Shown: piece by piece, positions 53,158-64,000 of the stretch | Position numbering within the stretch: the first letter of the stretch is position 1 | How the letters are laid out: each line of letters starts with the position of its first letter | Source of the DNA: Octopus vulgaris | Taxonomy: Eukaryota | Assembly: GCA_951406725.2 (NCBI GenBank) | Contig: OX597831.1 | Location: 73,284,001 to 73,348,000 of the forward strand | Direction of reading: 5' to 3' | Length of the DNA: 64,000 nt | The notes under the pieces: generated by a model | The model's input: only the letters and a program-made list of their open reading frames with translations | The model's database searches: none | What the model was told of the DNA's origin: nothing | Program-made: the position numbers and the translations under genes

Positions 53158-53320
53158 ATGGTCAATATGAAGCATTATTGGAAAAAAGGTTTGCTGAACT
53201 GCATGCACGGCTGAAGTTTGCTGAGTCTCTGAACAAGCAGAGAAAAAATGATATTCACATCCTGCGTAGTCAGTTCACGTACCTCTTGCAGTCCGTACTT
53301 CACAGCAATGTTTCAAACAA
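53158..53320 (+). CDS. MGAT4: MGAT4-like coding exon 2 (coiled-coil stem)
   Basis: Polypyrimidine tract plus TTCAG acceptor and GTAAGT donor at 53321. Encodes (D)GQYEALLEKRFAELHARLKFAESLNKQRKNDIHILRSQFTYLLQSVLHSNVSN(K); 163 nt, phase 1 to phase 2. Confidence 0.85.
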
Positions 53321-56299
53321 GTAAGTCAGCTCACATGTGTGGTTTTCTTTGTTTTGTTTGTTACTTCCTTTTCTTTGTTTCTACAGAAATCAATTGTATT
53401 GATATTGACCCACCGGACACATGTAATTGCATGTTCGATAATGTGATAGGATACCTGTGACCTTATATGAGACTGGTAAGCCGATGCATTTAACTCTTTC
53501 AAGCTGACACCTGAGACTGGAAGAGATTTCAGTGGGATGATGTTTTCCAGAGGACAAGGAATGGTCATAATGTTTAGTACAGGGTCTGAGGGCTTGGATA
53601 CAATATGGGTGACAAAGCGGCAAGCTGGCAGAATCGTTACTTCTGCTGCATCCTGTATGGGTATAAAACTATTTTTATGTTTGCCCACAATTTTCCTTTT
53701 CACCCACCACTGACAATATAATCTCTTCCATTTACCCTCTTTCTTTTGCACCCCTCCACACACAATGGTATCCAGTTTATTACTGTCTCTCCTCCACCAC
53801 CCTCTCCCAACTATAATTCTGTTTCTCTCATCATACTTTGACCTCACCTTGCTTCATATCTGCTCTTCTCTCCTTTAGTTATAGATCCACTTAGGTTTTG
53901 CAAATGGCTAGAAGACCTCATTGATGTTGGTGCCACAGGAAACAGCACCTAGTACTCCTTGTAAAGTAGTTGGCATTGGGAAAAGCATCCGTCTGTGGAA
54001 ACTTTGCCAAAGCAGACACTGAAACCTGATGCAGTTCTCTGATTCATTGAATCTTGTTGAATTGTCCAACCTGTGTCACCATGGGAGGCAGACATTAACT
54101 GTTGATTGATAATAATGATGACTGTATCCTATGTAAAAGTTAGGACGGGAAAGGGCAACACCCATGAGACCTGAAAGGGCAACACTCATGAGTCTTAATA
54201 AAGACTGATGTAACCAGTGACCATCCTGAATATCTCATGATGGTTAAGTGTGGCTAGCAAGTTACCAGGGAGTCTAGTCTGACTAGAACAGAGAGGGCTT
54301 GGTGAAAGGTACTCTAAAATTTAATATGTTACTTAGTTTAACATTATTACTGTTTGGCCCCTGTGTAACTTTAGTCATGTCCATATGGGGATGAAAGCAT
54401 TCAAATCAGAGAACAAGGTATGTCATAATCTCCCAATTTATTGTAATGATGACACAAACCAATATAGGAGTTTCTGTTTTTACTTGACATAGTGGAGAAA
54501 GCAGCCAAATATCCCTCAAGTAACACCCCCCCCCCCAGGTAGTACTAGATCGTGACTGACCTGGGGTTAAACAACAGCAATAATTTGAATGAACAAGGAG
54601 GCTTCTGTAGAGTTACACAACTGATCCCATGTAGCTATCAACCTTGCTTCACCAATTTCCTCTTTGAAAGCTGACCGTCAGTATTTTTAAGAACTGGTTT
54701 GCTAATTGTGTTGTTTTTTCTGTCACCTCAATGTGGTCAAACAACTGACCAATATTCATGAACAATAAGTAGTTTAAAAAAGCTCTATAATACAAATTCG
54801 TTTGCTTTTAATTTATTGGCTTTCAGACTGAAACACTAGTATATAAAACACTCTAGTGTCTCTTTTGTCAGTAACTAGCACAATGTTCTTCAACTAAATT
54901 GCTTGGGTCCCACCTCAAAATGTCATCCACAAATACAAATAACATTGTCTCCATGATATATTATTTTGATAAATTATTTAAAGATGGTCTTTTAATCAAT
55001 GTGACATATAATAAATGCATAAATGATGGAATATCGTGCCAGTCTGGCATTTATATGGTTGCTTTGTTTCCGTTATTGTTGTTATTGAATAACCATGGTC
55101 AGTTTTGTTTGAATAGTTCTGTGGTGTGTAGCTAGGCGGACTAGTAATTGCTTGACCTGCATTCTGTCAGTGGTCATCTGATATTTGTGAACATACAGTA
55201 ATATTAGGATTAAACATGTGATTTCTGTTTGAAGGATGGAAATGTTTAGGGGAGACTTACTCTATAAGACTGGCTGTGAGCAGTTGAGTGACTATGAAAA
55301 TAAATGTTATTCTTTCATAGGCCTGAGTTTTTATTACTTGTTGAAGAATATCTCTGGTCAGTTCTGTTCAAATTGATCTAATTACTCTGGGGACAGTCAA
55401 TTTAGCATTGTTGTTATTTAGTCCCACATTGGACCTAATTGAGCAAACGTACAATCAAAGCTATTCTACTCAGGATCATCCCATCGTTTTAATCAATGTT
55501 TCTAGGATTACATTGTAAAATATGGATTATGAGATAATGTTGCTGATACAATAGTATGTTCCTACCTACCTACCTACCTACTTTTGTGTCATGCTATAGG
55601 AAAGTAATAAGAAAAAAAGAAATAAGTTAGTAGAGGCAGAAGCAGCAGTAGTGATAACAGTGGTGTTGATAATGAACAGGCGCAGGAGTCGCTGTGTGGT
55701 AAGTAGCTTGTTTACCAACCACATGGTTCCGGGTTCAGTCCCACTGCGTGGCACCTTGGGCAGGTGTCTTCTACTATAGCCTTGGGCCGACCAAAGCCTT
55801 GTGAGTGGATTTGGTAGACAGAAACTGAAAGAAGCCCGTCGTATATATGTGTATATATCACTTAGCGGTTCGGCAAAAGGGACCGATAGAATAAGTACTG
55901 GGCTTACAAAGAATAAGTCCCGGGGTTGATTTGCTCGATTAAAGGCGGTGCTCCAGCATGGCCGCAGTCAAATGACTGAAACAGGTAAAAGAGTAAAAGA
56001 GAGAAAGTGAGAGACAGATAAAAAAAGAACAGGATGTAGAAATTTCAGAAGGTGAAGGTCATATGGGAATGGAGTAGGAAAAGTCAAAATATGAATATAT
56101 AGCAAAGCTTGTAATGTCATGGCATCTTCAGTTATGTCTTTCTCCGTATTTCTCCTTTAACTCCTTCAATTATTGTGTCTCTTTGTTTGTCTTATGCAAT
56201 AGGTGTTAATAGTGCATTTGGATGCGTTTCTGCCAGAGTTCTTCAGGGGAACACTTTATTACATCATGTCAACATGGATCAGATGCTTCTGTTCTCTCT

Positions 56300-56344
<45 letters not shown>

Positions 56345-56345
<1 letters not shown>

Positions 56346-56723
56346 CTTTATATATAAAAGTGAAGTTGTGTGTCTGTCCCCTACGATTTAGATTCCTAAC
56401 TACTCCCACATTTTGCGGTGCAGTTTAACCCAAACCGGGTATCTTATAGTCGTGATTCATATCGAGCCCTTCTGGGATGAGTCTACGATTTAAAAAAAAA
56501 ATTTACCATCATTTTCCCCCATTTTAATGCATTTTTTTCGCTATTATATAAGGGAAGTAACTCTCTGAAAATGTCTACGATGAGTCAACGATTTAAAAAA
56601 AATTTACCATTTTTTTCCCATTTTCAATGCATTTTTTTTGCTATTTTTTGGCTATAACTCTCTAAAAATGCTTATATAGTTATTTCCCTTACAAACCCGA
56701 GCAACGCCGGGCGATACTGCTAG
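56345..56723 (+). mobile_element. Complete non-autonomous Helitron (379 bp)
   Basis: A|TC 5' end, subterminal hairpin CCCGAGCAACGCCGGG and CTAG|T 3' end; inserted between A and T with no TSD. Internal tandem duplication of about 100 bp. Confidence 0.88.
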
Positions 56724-56914
56724 TTTTTATTAAAAGTTACAATAAATGTATTATTATTATAATTGACACTGAAAATATCCAAAACGAAGGTTTTTAATTT
56801 GTTCGATAAAAATAAATGAATATTATACGGGTTTTCTTTTTTCCTAATTGTATACCTATTTTGGCTCCCTCCTGTATATATATATAAACATATGATTCAT
56901 TTTCTCTGTTCTAG

Positions 56915-57090
56915 GTCAGTCCTAATCGAGAAGTTTCCAAGTGATCTCCAAACAGCTCTGGTCAACTTCACTGACCTTTATGGACAGTCCTCCATCCATT
57001 TACCTAGCCTTTTCACCTATCTCCCTCATCTGTCTCACAATCCGAATGGCATGAGACCAGCCTATAAATTGTCTCGCAACCGCTTTGGAG
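56915..57090 (+). CDS. MGAT4: MGAT4-like coding exon 3
   Basis: TTCTCTGTTCTAG acceptor and GAG|GTAAGT donor. Encodes SVLIEKFP...IHLPSLFTYLPHLSHNPNGMRPAYKLSRNRFG, resembling the LPSI..YLPHL....L.P.......R.G stem motif of MGAT4A/B; 176 nt, phase 2 to phase 1. Confidence 0.9.
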
Positions 57091-57181
57091 GTAAGTCGTT
57101 AAACATTGGTGGGATGTGGGGTGATGGCAGTGCTTTGTTAATTTTATTTTGTGCATATGTGTGTGTGTGAATATGTGTGTG

Positions 57182-57234
<53 letters not shown>

Positions 57235-58700
57235 ATGTATATATATATATGTGTATGTATATGTATGTATATATATATATGTATACACATTGGTACAAAA
57301 ATGACTGTATAGTCACAAATGCAGCTGTGTGGTTAAGAAGCTTGCTTCCAAAGCACCTTTTCTTAGGTTCAGTTCCATTGCACAACACTTTGGCCCTGGT
57401 ATGTCCAATTCTTTGTGAGTGGATTTGGCAGATGGATGACTTGCCCACTCTAGAATTTTTTTTTGCTGTTGGTGGTGGGGAACAAAACACACACACACAA
57501 CAAGCTTCTTTCAGTTTCTGTCTATGAAATGCACTCACAAAGCTTTGGTCAGCTTGAGGCTATAGTAGAAGACACCTGTGGAATTGATCTTGGAAGCATG
57601 TGGTTGGGAAGCAGACTTCTTGCTTCACAGCCACACCTGTGCCTATGGTAATATGAATAAAAATAAAATGGAAGAAAGGAATAGTGACTTATTGATCCTA
57701 GAAACCTGACACGGTTTCCTTGCTGAGCTTTGCCTCACAGTTTAGTGGTTAACGGTTTGAGTGACATACCACTGTAAATGATACTTTCAGCATTCAGTGA
57801 ACCATGGAAAACTGTATGTAAAAGCCTCACACGGCTAAACAATTTTATTTTCTATTTGTTTTCTTTTCTTTTTCTTTAAGAAAGAGTCTATTGATTGTGT
57901 ATAGATTCATATCTAGTAGGAATCATCGAAGGTATTGATGAGTATTGATTAAAAATAAACTCAGGCGCAGGAGTGGCTGTGTGGTAAGTAGCTTGTCTAC
58001 CAACCACATGGTTCTGGGTTCAGTGTCTTGTTCCGGGCAAGTGTCTTCTACTATAAGCCTCGGGCCAACCAAAGCCTTGTGAGTGGATTTGGTAGACGGA
58101 AACTGAAAGAAGCCCGTCGTATATATGTATATATATATATATATGCGTGTGTGTGTTTGTCCCCTAGTATTGCTTGACAACCGATGCTGGTGTGTTTATG
58201 TCCCCGTTACTTAGCGGTTCGGCAAAAGAGACCGATAGAATAAGTACTGGGTTTACAAAAGAATAAGTCCCGGGGTCGAGTTGCTTGATTAAAGGCGGTG
58301 CTCCAGCATGGCCGCAGTCAAATGACTGAAACAAGTAAAAGAATAAAAGAGTCAAGTAAATAAGATTTTTTTTTTGTTTTTGTAAGCGGAAATCTTTGTG
58401 TATGCTTCAGTCCTTCTGCAGAGATGCTGTTTGAGGCAGATTTTCTACGGCTGGATGCCCTTCCTGTTGCCATCCTTAACTGGTTTCCATGCAGTACTAT
58501 CTCAATATTTTCCCTTGTTAAACATGTTAAACATAGGTGCAGAAGTGGCTGTGTGGTAAGTAGCTTGCTAACCAACCACATGGTTCCGGATTCAGTCCCA
58601 CTGCGTGGCATCTTGGGCAAGTGTCTTCTGCTGTAGCCCCGGGCCGATTAATGCCTTGTGAGTGGATTTGGTAGACGGAAACTGAAAGAAGCCTGTCGTA

Positions 58701-58752
<52 letters not shown>

Positions 58753-60119
58753 AATGTGTGTTTGTCCCCCTAGCATTGCTTGACAACCGATGCTGGTGTG
58801 TTTACGTCCCCGTCACTTAGCGGTTCGGCAAAAGAGACCGATAGAATAAGTACTGGGCTTACAAAGAATAAGTCCCGGGGTCGATTTGCTCGACTAAAGG
58901 CGGTGCTCCAGCATGGCCGCAGTCAAATGACTGAAACAAGTAAAAGAGTAAAAAAGAGAGTATGTTTTTCACAGAAGACTGAAAATAACTCTGCTTATAT
59001 GACAGTGCCGCTCATTTACAATTATCACACATCTAGACAAGGCTGTGCACCCCCCCCCCCCACACACACACATGATAGGCTTTTTTTCAGTTTCTGTGTA
59101 TGAAATCCATTCAGAAAATTTTGTCCACTTTTGCACAATGGGATTAGACTCAAGACTATATGATTTGGGAAGCAAGTTTCTTAACCATGCGGCCATGCTT
59201 GTTCCCTGTATAGTACAAGAAAATAGGGATAATATGACCCTATGTAAAGTTGGCTTCTGTTTGATGACAAAATTTGCATAACAGTGTTTTCATGAGAAAT
59301 AGCGCCGAGCAACAATAAAGATGAAGAGCCCTGACCATAGTTACAAAAGTATAAACCAAGGAATCAATGGTTTTAGTCCATTGTTTTTCCTCTCCTTCTC
59401 AAGGATAATATTACTTGTTGTACCTTAAGAGGATTATTTTATTGTAATCAACTTCTATTGTTTACAGATCAATCAATCAATTAAATTATTGATTAGTAGA
59501 CAATGTTACTTAAGCCTACAGCCAGTGTGTATGGTTATTGGTAAAATAACCTTCTCAAAGTACAGCAATATTGATTCCGACCTGGTTTCTCATCACAGTT
59601 CATACAAAACCAACTTCATTAATGAAAATGTCAAATCATTTTCCTTGAATTTAACCCACACTCACTTCACGCTAACCATCATTGTTCTCCCTTTTTAATT
59701 TATAAATGCAGTTTTTATATTTTCCCATAGTTCTTCTTTTTTTTTTTTACTTGTTACAGAGAACGGTGAAATGCAGAGATTAGTTTTAGGGAGGTTAAAC
59801 ACACATAGACTGTGGGGCTCAGCCCTGAAGGGTTCAGTTGAACAAATTGACTGCAGTACTTGTGTTTTATGTAGTCTGATATGTAGTTTTATGTACCTGC
59901 TAAGTTACAGGGATATAAACAAACCAACACTAGTTGCCAAGTGATGATGGGACAAACACACACACACACACACACACATGTATATATGATGGACTTGTTT
60001 CAGTTTCTGCCTACCAAATTCACTCGTAAAGCATTGGTTGGCCCGGGACTTAACTTGAAACAATACATTTGCAATGAGAACTGCCTTAACCGCGTGACCA
60101 CCACTGTGTTTTTGTTTGT

Positions 60120-60332
60120 TTAATCTTTCAGCATTCGGATTACTGCCAAATGCAAAACTTATTCATTCATGCTTTGAATTTATCCTTCATTATCTTGTAG
60201 TCTTGAGATTTTGATGATGTAATTATTTTTTAGAAAGATATTGTAGGGTAAGTGTAAGAAGCCAGATGTGGCCAGTTTGAACATAAAACAGGCAGAATAT
60301 TTTGGTTGGATACTGTTGGTTTAAATGTTAAC
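60120..60332. mobile_element. Older TTAA-type MITE; partial second copy at about 29926-30035
   Basis: The two copies share CATTC(A/G)GATT...CAAATG...TTTGAATT...CATTATCTTGTAG...GAGATTT..ATGATGT, with decayed TTAA(A)CCCTTT-like ends. Confidence 0.55.
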
Positions 60333-60708
60333 CTGTTTAGCCAGTGTTTTCATAAATCCATTTCTCTATATTTAATCAATTTTTCTATATTTCATCCATT
60401 GATTTGTTTCCTTGTATTATTGTGCATATTTTCCAGCAGGCAGGGCTTTGGATAGGGAGGTATTTGAGACGGGATTTTACTGTTGGATGATCCTTTTATT
60501 CAAAGAAGGGAATTTTTTTTTTTTTTACTTCATAGATCTTTGAAAACACAAAGCAGCTAGTTATAATGTCAATAAGCAATGGAAGCCTCATTCATTGTTT
60601 TGCTGAAGCAAAAGCCATGAAATGTCAACAATCATGCAGGCATGCCTGTACATGTACTGGCAACTAACACACGCATGCACGCACGCATGCACGCACACAT
60701 GCACGCAC

Positions 60709-60743
<35 letters not shown>

Positions 60744-61839
60744 GACAGACCTTTTAGTTTCCATCTACCAAATTTACTCACTAGCCATTGGTCATCCTGA
60801 GGTTTAAATAGAGTTTGCCCAATGTACCCTGCAGTGGGGCTGTGCCTGAAATCACACCTATGTCTGTCCCCATTTTAAATAAATCCAATGTTCATCCATG
60901 GCCATGATTATATCTGGAACCATTCATGTGTTTTCTGTTAGGGCTTCAGCCCTGCCAAAGCCTTGTGAGTAGATTTGGAAAGCAGGAACTGAAAGAAACC
61001 TGTTCTGTATGTTTGTGTCTTTGTGTTTGTCCCCCGCCACTGCTTGGCAACCAGTTGGTGTGTTTATGTCCTTGTAACTTAGCGTTTCGACAAAAGAGAC
61101 TTATAGAATAAGTACTAGGCTTTAAAAAAAAAAGTCCTGTGTGGCATCTTGGGCAAGTGTCTTCTGCTATAGCCCCGGGCCGACCAATGCCTTGTGAGTG
61201 GATTTGGTAGACGGAAACTGAAAGAAGCCTGTCGTATATATGTATATATATATGTGTGTGTGTTTGTGTGTCTGTGTTTGTCCCCGATGCTGGTGTGTTT
61301 ACGTCCCCGTCACTTAGCGGTTCGGCAAAAAGATACCGATAGAATAAGTACTGGGCTTACAAAGAATAAATCCTGGGGTTGATTTGCTCGACTAAAGGCG
61401 GTACTCCAGCATGGCCGCAGTCAAATGACTGAAACAAGTAAAAGAGTAAAAGAGAGTAAAGAGATTCAGTTGACTAAAAATTCTTCATGGCAGTGCCCCA
61501 GCATGGCCATAGTCAAATGACTGAAACAAGTAAAAGATAAATTCTGGAGTTATCATAACCCCCCCCCAATTGATTTTCCTTCATGTTTGCCATCATTCAG
61601 TCAGGATGCAGATTGCAGATGTAGAGGGCCCCGTTTGTCAATGAGGCAAGCAGAGGCCAACAGATAGTTGTGCGTTCTGCTCAAAGGCAGAAGATTAAAA
61701 TAACTACAGTAGTAGTATTTGATCCCTTGACCATGTGTTCACTAGTAATCCAGCACCTTAAAAACACAATTTTTTTGTCTTTCAGCAGAGCTCTTAACCA
61801 TTCTAATGACTTATGGCATTGTTTTTGGATTCATTGCAG

Positions 61840-61973
61840 TTTCTATGGTGTTTGGCATTCCGACGATAAAGCGAGACAGAGTCAGTTACCTGCGTCGAAC
61901 GTTGCATTCACTGATTGATGGACTTAACGAAGAAGAGAGAGAGGACTGTCTAATTATTGTGTTCGTGGCTGAG
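61840..61973 (+). CDS. MGAT4: MGAT4-like coding exon 4 (start of GT54 catalytic domain); gene continues past the window
   Basis: TTGCAG acceptor and GAG|GTATGG donor. [45 protein letters not shown] matches the conserved MGAT4A/B segment (GIPTVKR...SYL..TLHSLI..L..EE..DC.IVVF..E). The four exons total 555 nt in frame. Confidence 0.93.
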
Positions 61974-62739
61974 GTATGGTTAATGCTGTTGTTGTTGTTG
62001 TTGTTGTCTGGCCCCAGTTCAGCCCTGAATAAGCACATCCTGCGGTTCAAGATGTTCCAACTGTGACCTTCCCATCTTTTTGTATATCTAGGACTATGTG
62101 TCTCTTCTTTTCATTGATGGTAGGGTGTGATTTGAAAGAATTTGGCTGCTATTTTTAGTAGGTCAAGTGATGATAGTTTTCTTTTTTTTTTTTTTTGTTT
62201 AAAAATATATGGTGGTCATTGCAATGTGACAGTTTGTTCACTGATCTGTTTTGGTCATGTATGGTGTGTAATGTAAGTACCTGAGGTGGGGCAAAGGTTT
62301 GTACAAAAAATAAAGGAAGGAAAAAAATCCCCACCCCAAAATAAGAAGGTCAAATGGTAATAAAAGTGGAGAGAACAGTTGTTTGTTGGTAACTAGTCAG
62401 TTCCTATCCATTCAGGCACAAAGATGTTGTTTTATTAAAATTCTGTCGACTGTTTTCTAGTAACAGCTTGTAAACTGACGAAGTTGCTGATAAAAAAAAC
62501 ACCCACCATCTGTTACATATCGATGAGGTTGTAGATCATAATTGGCTTTTTTTAACTGGTTTCTCGCTTTTATGATTGATCCATGTATTTTATTGTCGGT
62601 GTTGTTACCTTTGTGACACTTGTTCACGATTCAGGTGTAACTTAGTGTGCATTGTTACCATTCATTCCACAGTCTTCAACATTGACTTTACATGTCACAA
62701 CAAGATAGATTCCTCTACTTTTTGATCTCATTTCTTCTT

Positions 62740-62784
62740 ATATATGTGTATGTGTGTATATATATATATATATCTATATATATA

Positions 62785-62835
<51 letters not shown>

Positions 62836-63336
62836 ATGTATATGTATGTATATGTATGTATATATGTATGTATATATATATGTATGTATATATATATGTA
62901 TGTATATATATATGTATATATATATATATGTATATATGTATGTATATATATATATATATATGTGTGGCAGTCGCCACTACACACATTTTTCTCTCTCCTT
63001 GTTATTTCTGTGTTCGTAGGCTCGAAATGTAAAAGACTTTTTCTATTCCCGAGCGTTATACTAATACAGCTGTTTGTTTTGTACACCACCGGTCTTTGTC
63101 TTTTGTTTTTTTTCGTGAACTCTCCCGATATATATATATACTTATATATATATATGTATATATATATATATCATGTATATATATCATGTATATCATGTAT
63201 ATATGTATATATATCATGTATATATGTATGTATAAATGTATATATGTATATATATATGTATAAATGTATATATGTTTGTATATATATATGTATAAATGTA
63301 TATATGTATGTATATATATATATATATATATGTATG

Positions 63337-63371
<35 letters not shown>

Positions 63372-63869
63372 GTATATATATATGTATATATGTATGTATA
63401 TATGTATGTATATATGTATATATATATATATATATGTATGTATATATATGTATATATATATATGTATGTATATATGTATGTTTTTTTTTATATATATATG
63501 TATATATATATATATATGTGTATATTTATTTATATATATATATATATGTGTGTATATGTATATATATGTATGTGTATATGTGTATATATGTATATATATG
63601 TATGTGTATATGTGTATATATATATATATGTATGTGTATATTTGTATATATATATGTATGTGTATATTCGCTCTTATACGCCATTTGGTCTCAACTCTCC
63701 CCCCCTCCTCATCTAGCCCCCCTCTCCCCCCTCCTCATCTAACCTCCCCCCGACCCCTACTTCTCTTCAGTCCTTCATCCTTTCACCCCTACTCCTCTTC
63801 CCTTCTTCCCTCTTTCTCCCTCCCTCCTTCCCTCTTCCCCTTCCCTCTTTCTCTCTGCTCCCTCACTCC

Positions 63870-63900
<31 letters not shown>

Positions 63901-64000
63901 CCCCTCTCCCTCTATCCTCCCTCCTCCTCTCCCCTCCTCTTCTCCTCTCCTTCCTTCTCCCCCTTCCCCCTCCTCTTCTCCCCTTTCCTTCTCCCCTCTT
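62740..64000. repeat. (TA)/(TATG) microsatellites followed by a CT-rich polypyrimidine tract
   Basis: 62740-62960 and 63128-63670 are TA-rich; 63700-64000 is C/T-rich. Confidence 0.95.

Noticed and set aside
54828-54910. Possible additional MGAT4 exon after TTTCAG or TTTTGTCAG
   Set aside because: Stops follow quickly, there is no good donor, and exons 2 and 3 already join in phase.

Overview
Repeat-rich eukaryotic DNA, most likely an octopus (inferred from the SINE/RTE repeat types and the (TA)n/(AAT)n load; not confirmed by any search). The one host gene is on the + strand: four phase-consistent coding exons (16190-16271, 53158-53320, 56915-57090, 61840-61973; 185 aa so far) of an MGAT4/GnT-IV-type Golgi GlcNAc-transferase. 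It continues beyond the window and probably has a ~1 kb microsatellite-rich 5' leader. The rest is intronic or upstream repeat: a decayed Helitron carrying a nested piggyBac and SINE, non-autonomous Helitron and Helentron-type elements, piggyBac and hAT MITEs, CR1 and RTE LINE fragments, a Penelope GIY-YIG remnant, several SINE families, a 44-bp satellite and long microsatellites. The most notable signal missing from the ORF track is a set of about nine minimal type I hammerhead-ribozyme-shaped motifs from several unrelated repeat families. These include repeated U4C cores, one apparent G3:C8 compensatory core swap, and a tRNA-headed SINE carrying a hammerhead. Nearly all other long ORFs in the track are repeat artefacts. 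All structures were read by eye and no ribozyme activity is demonstrated.
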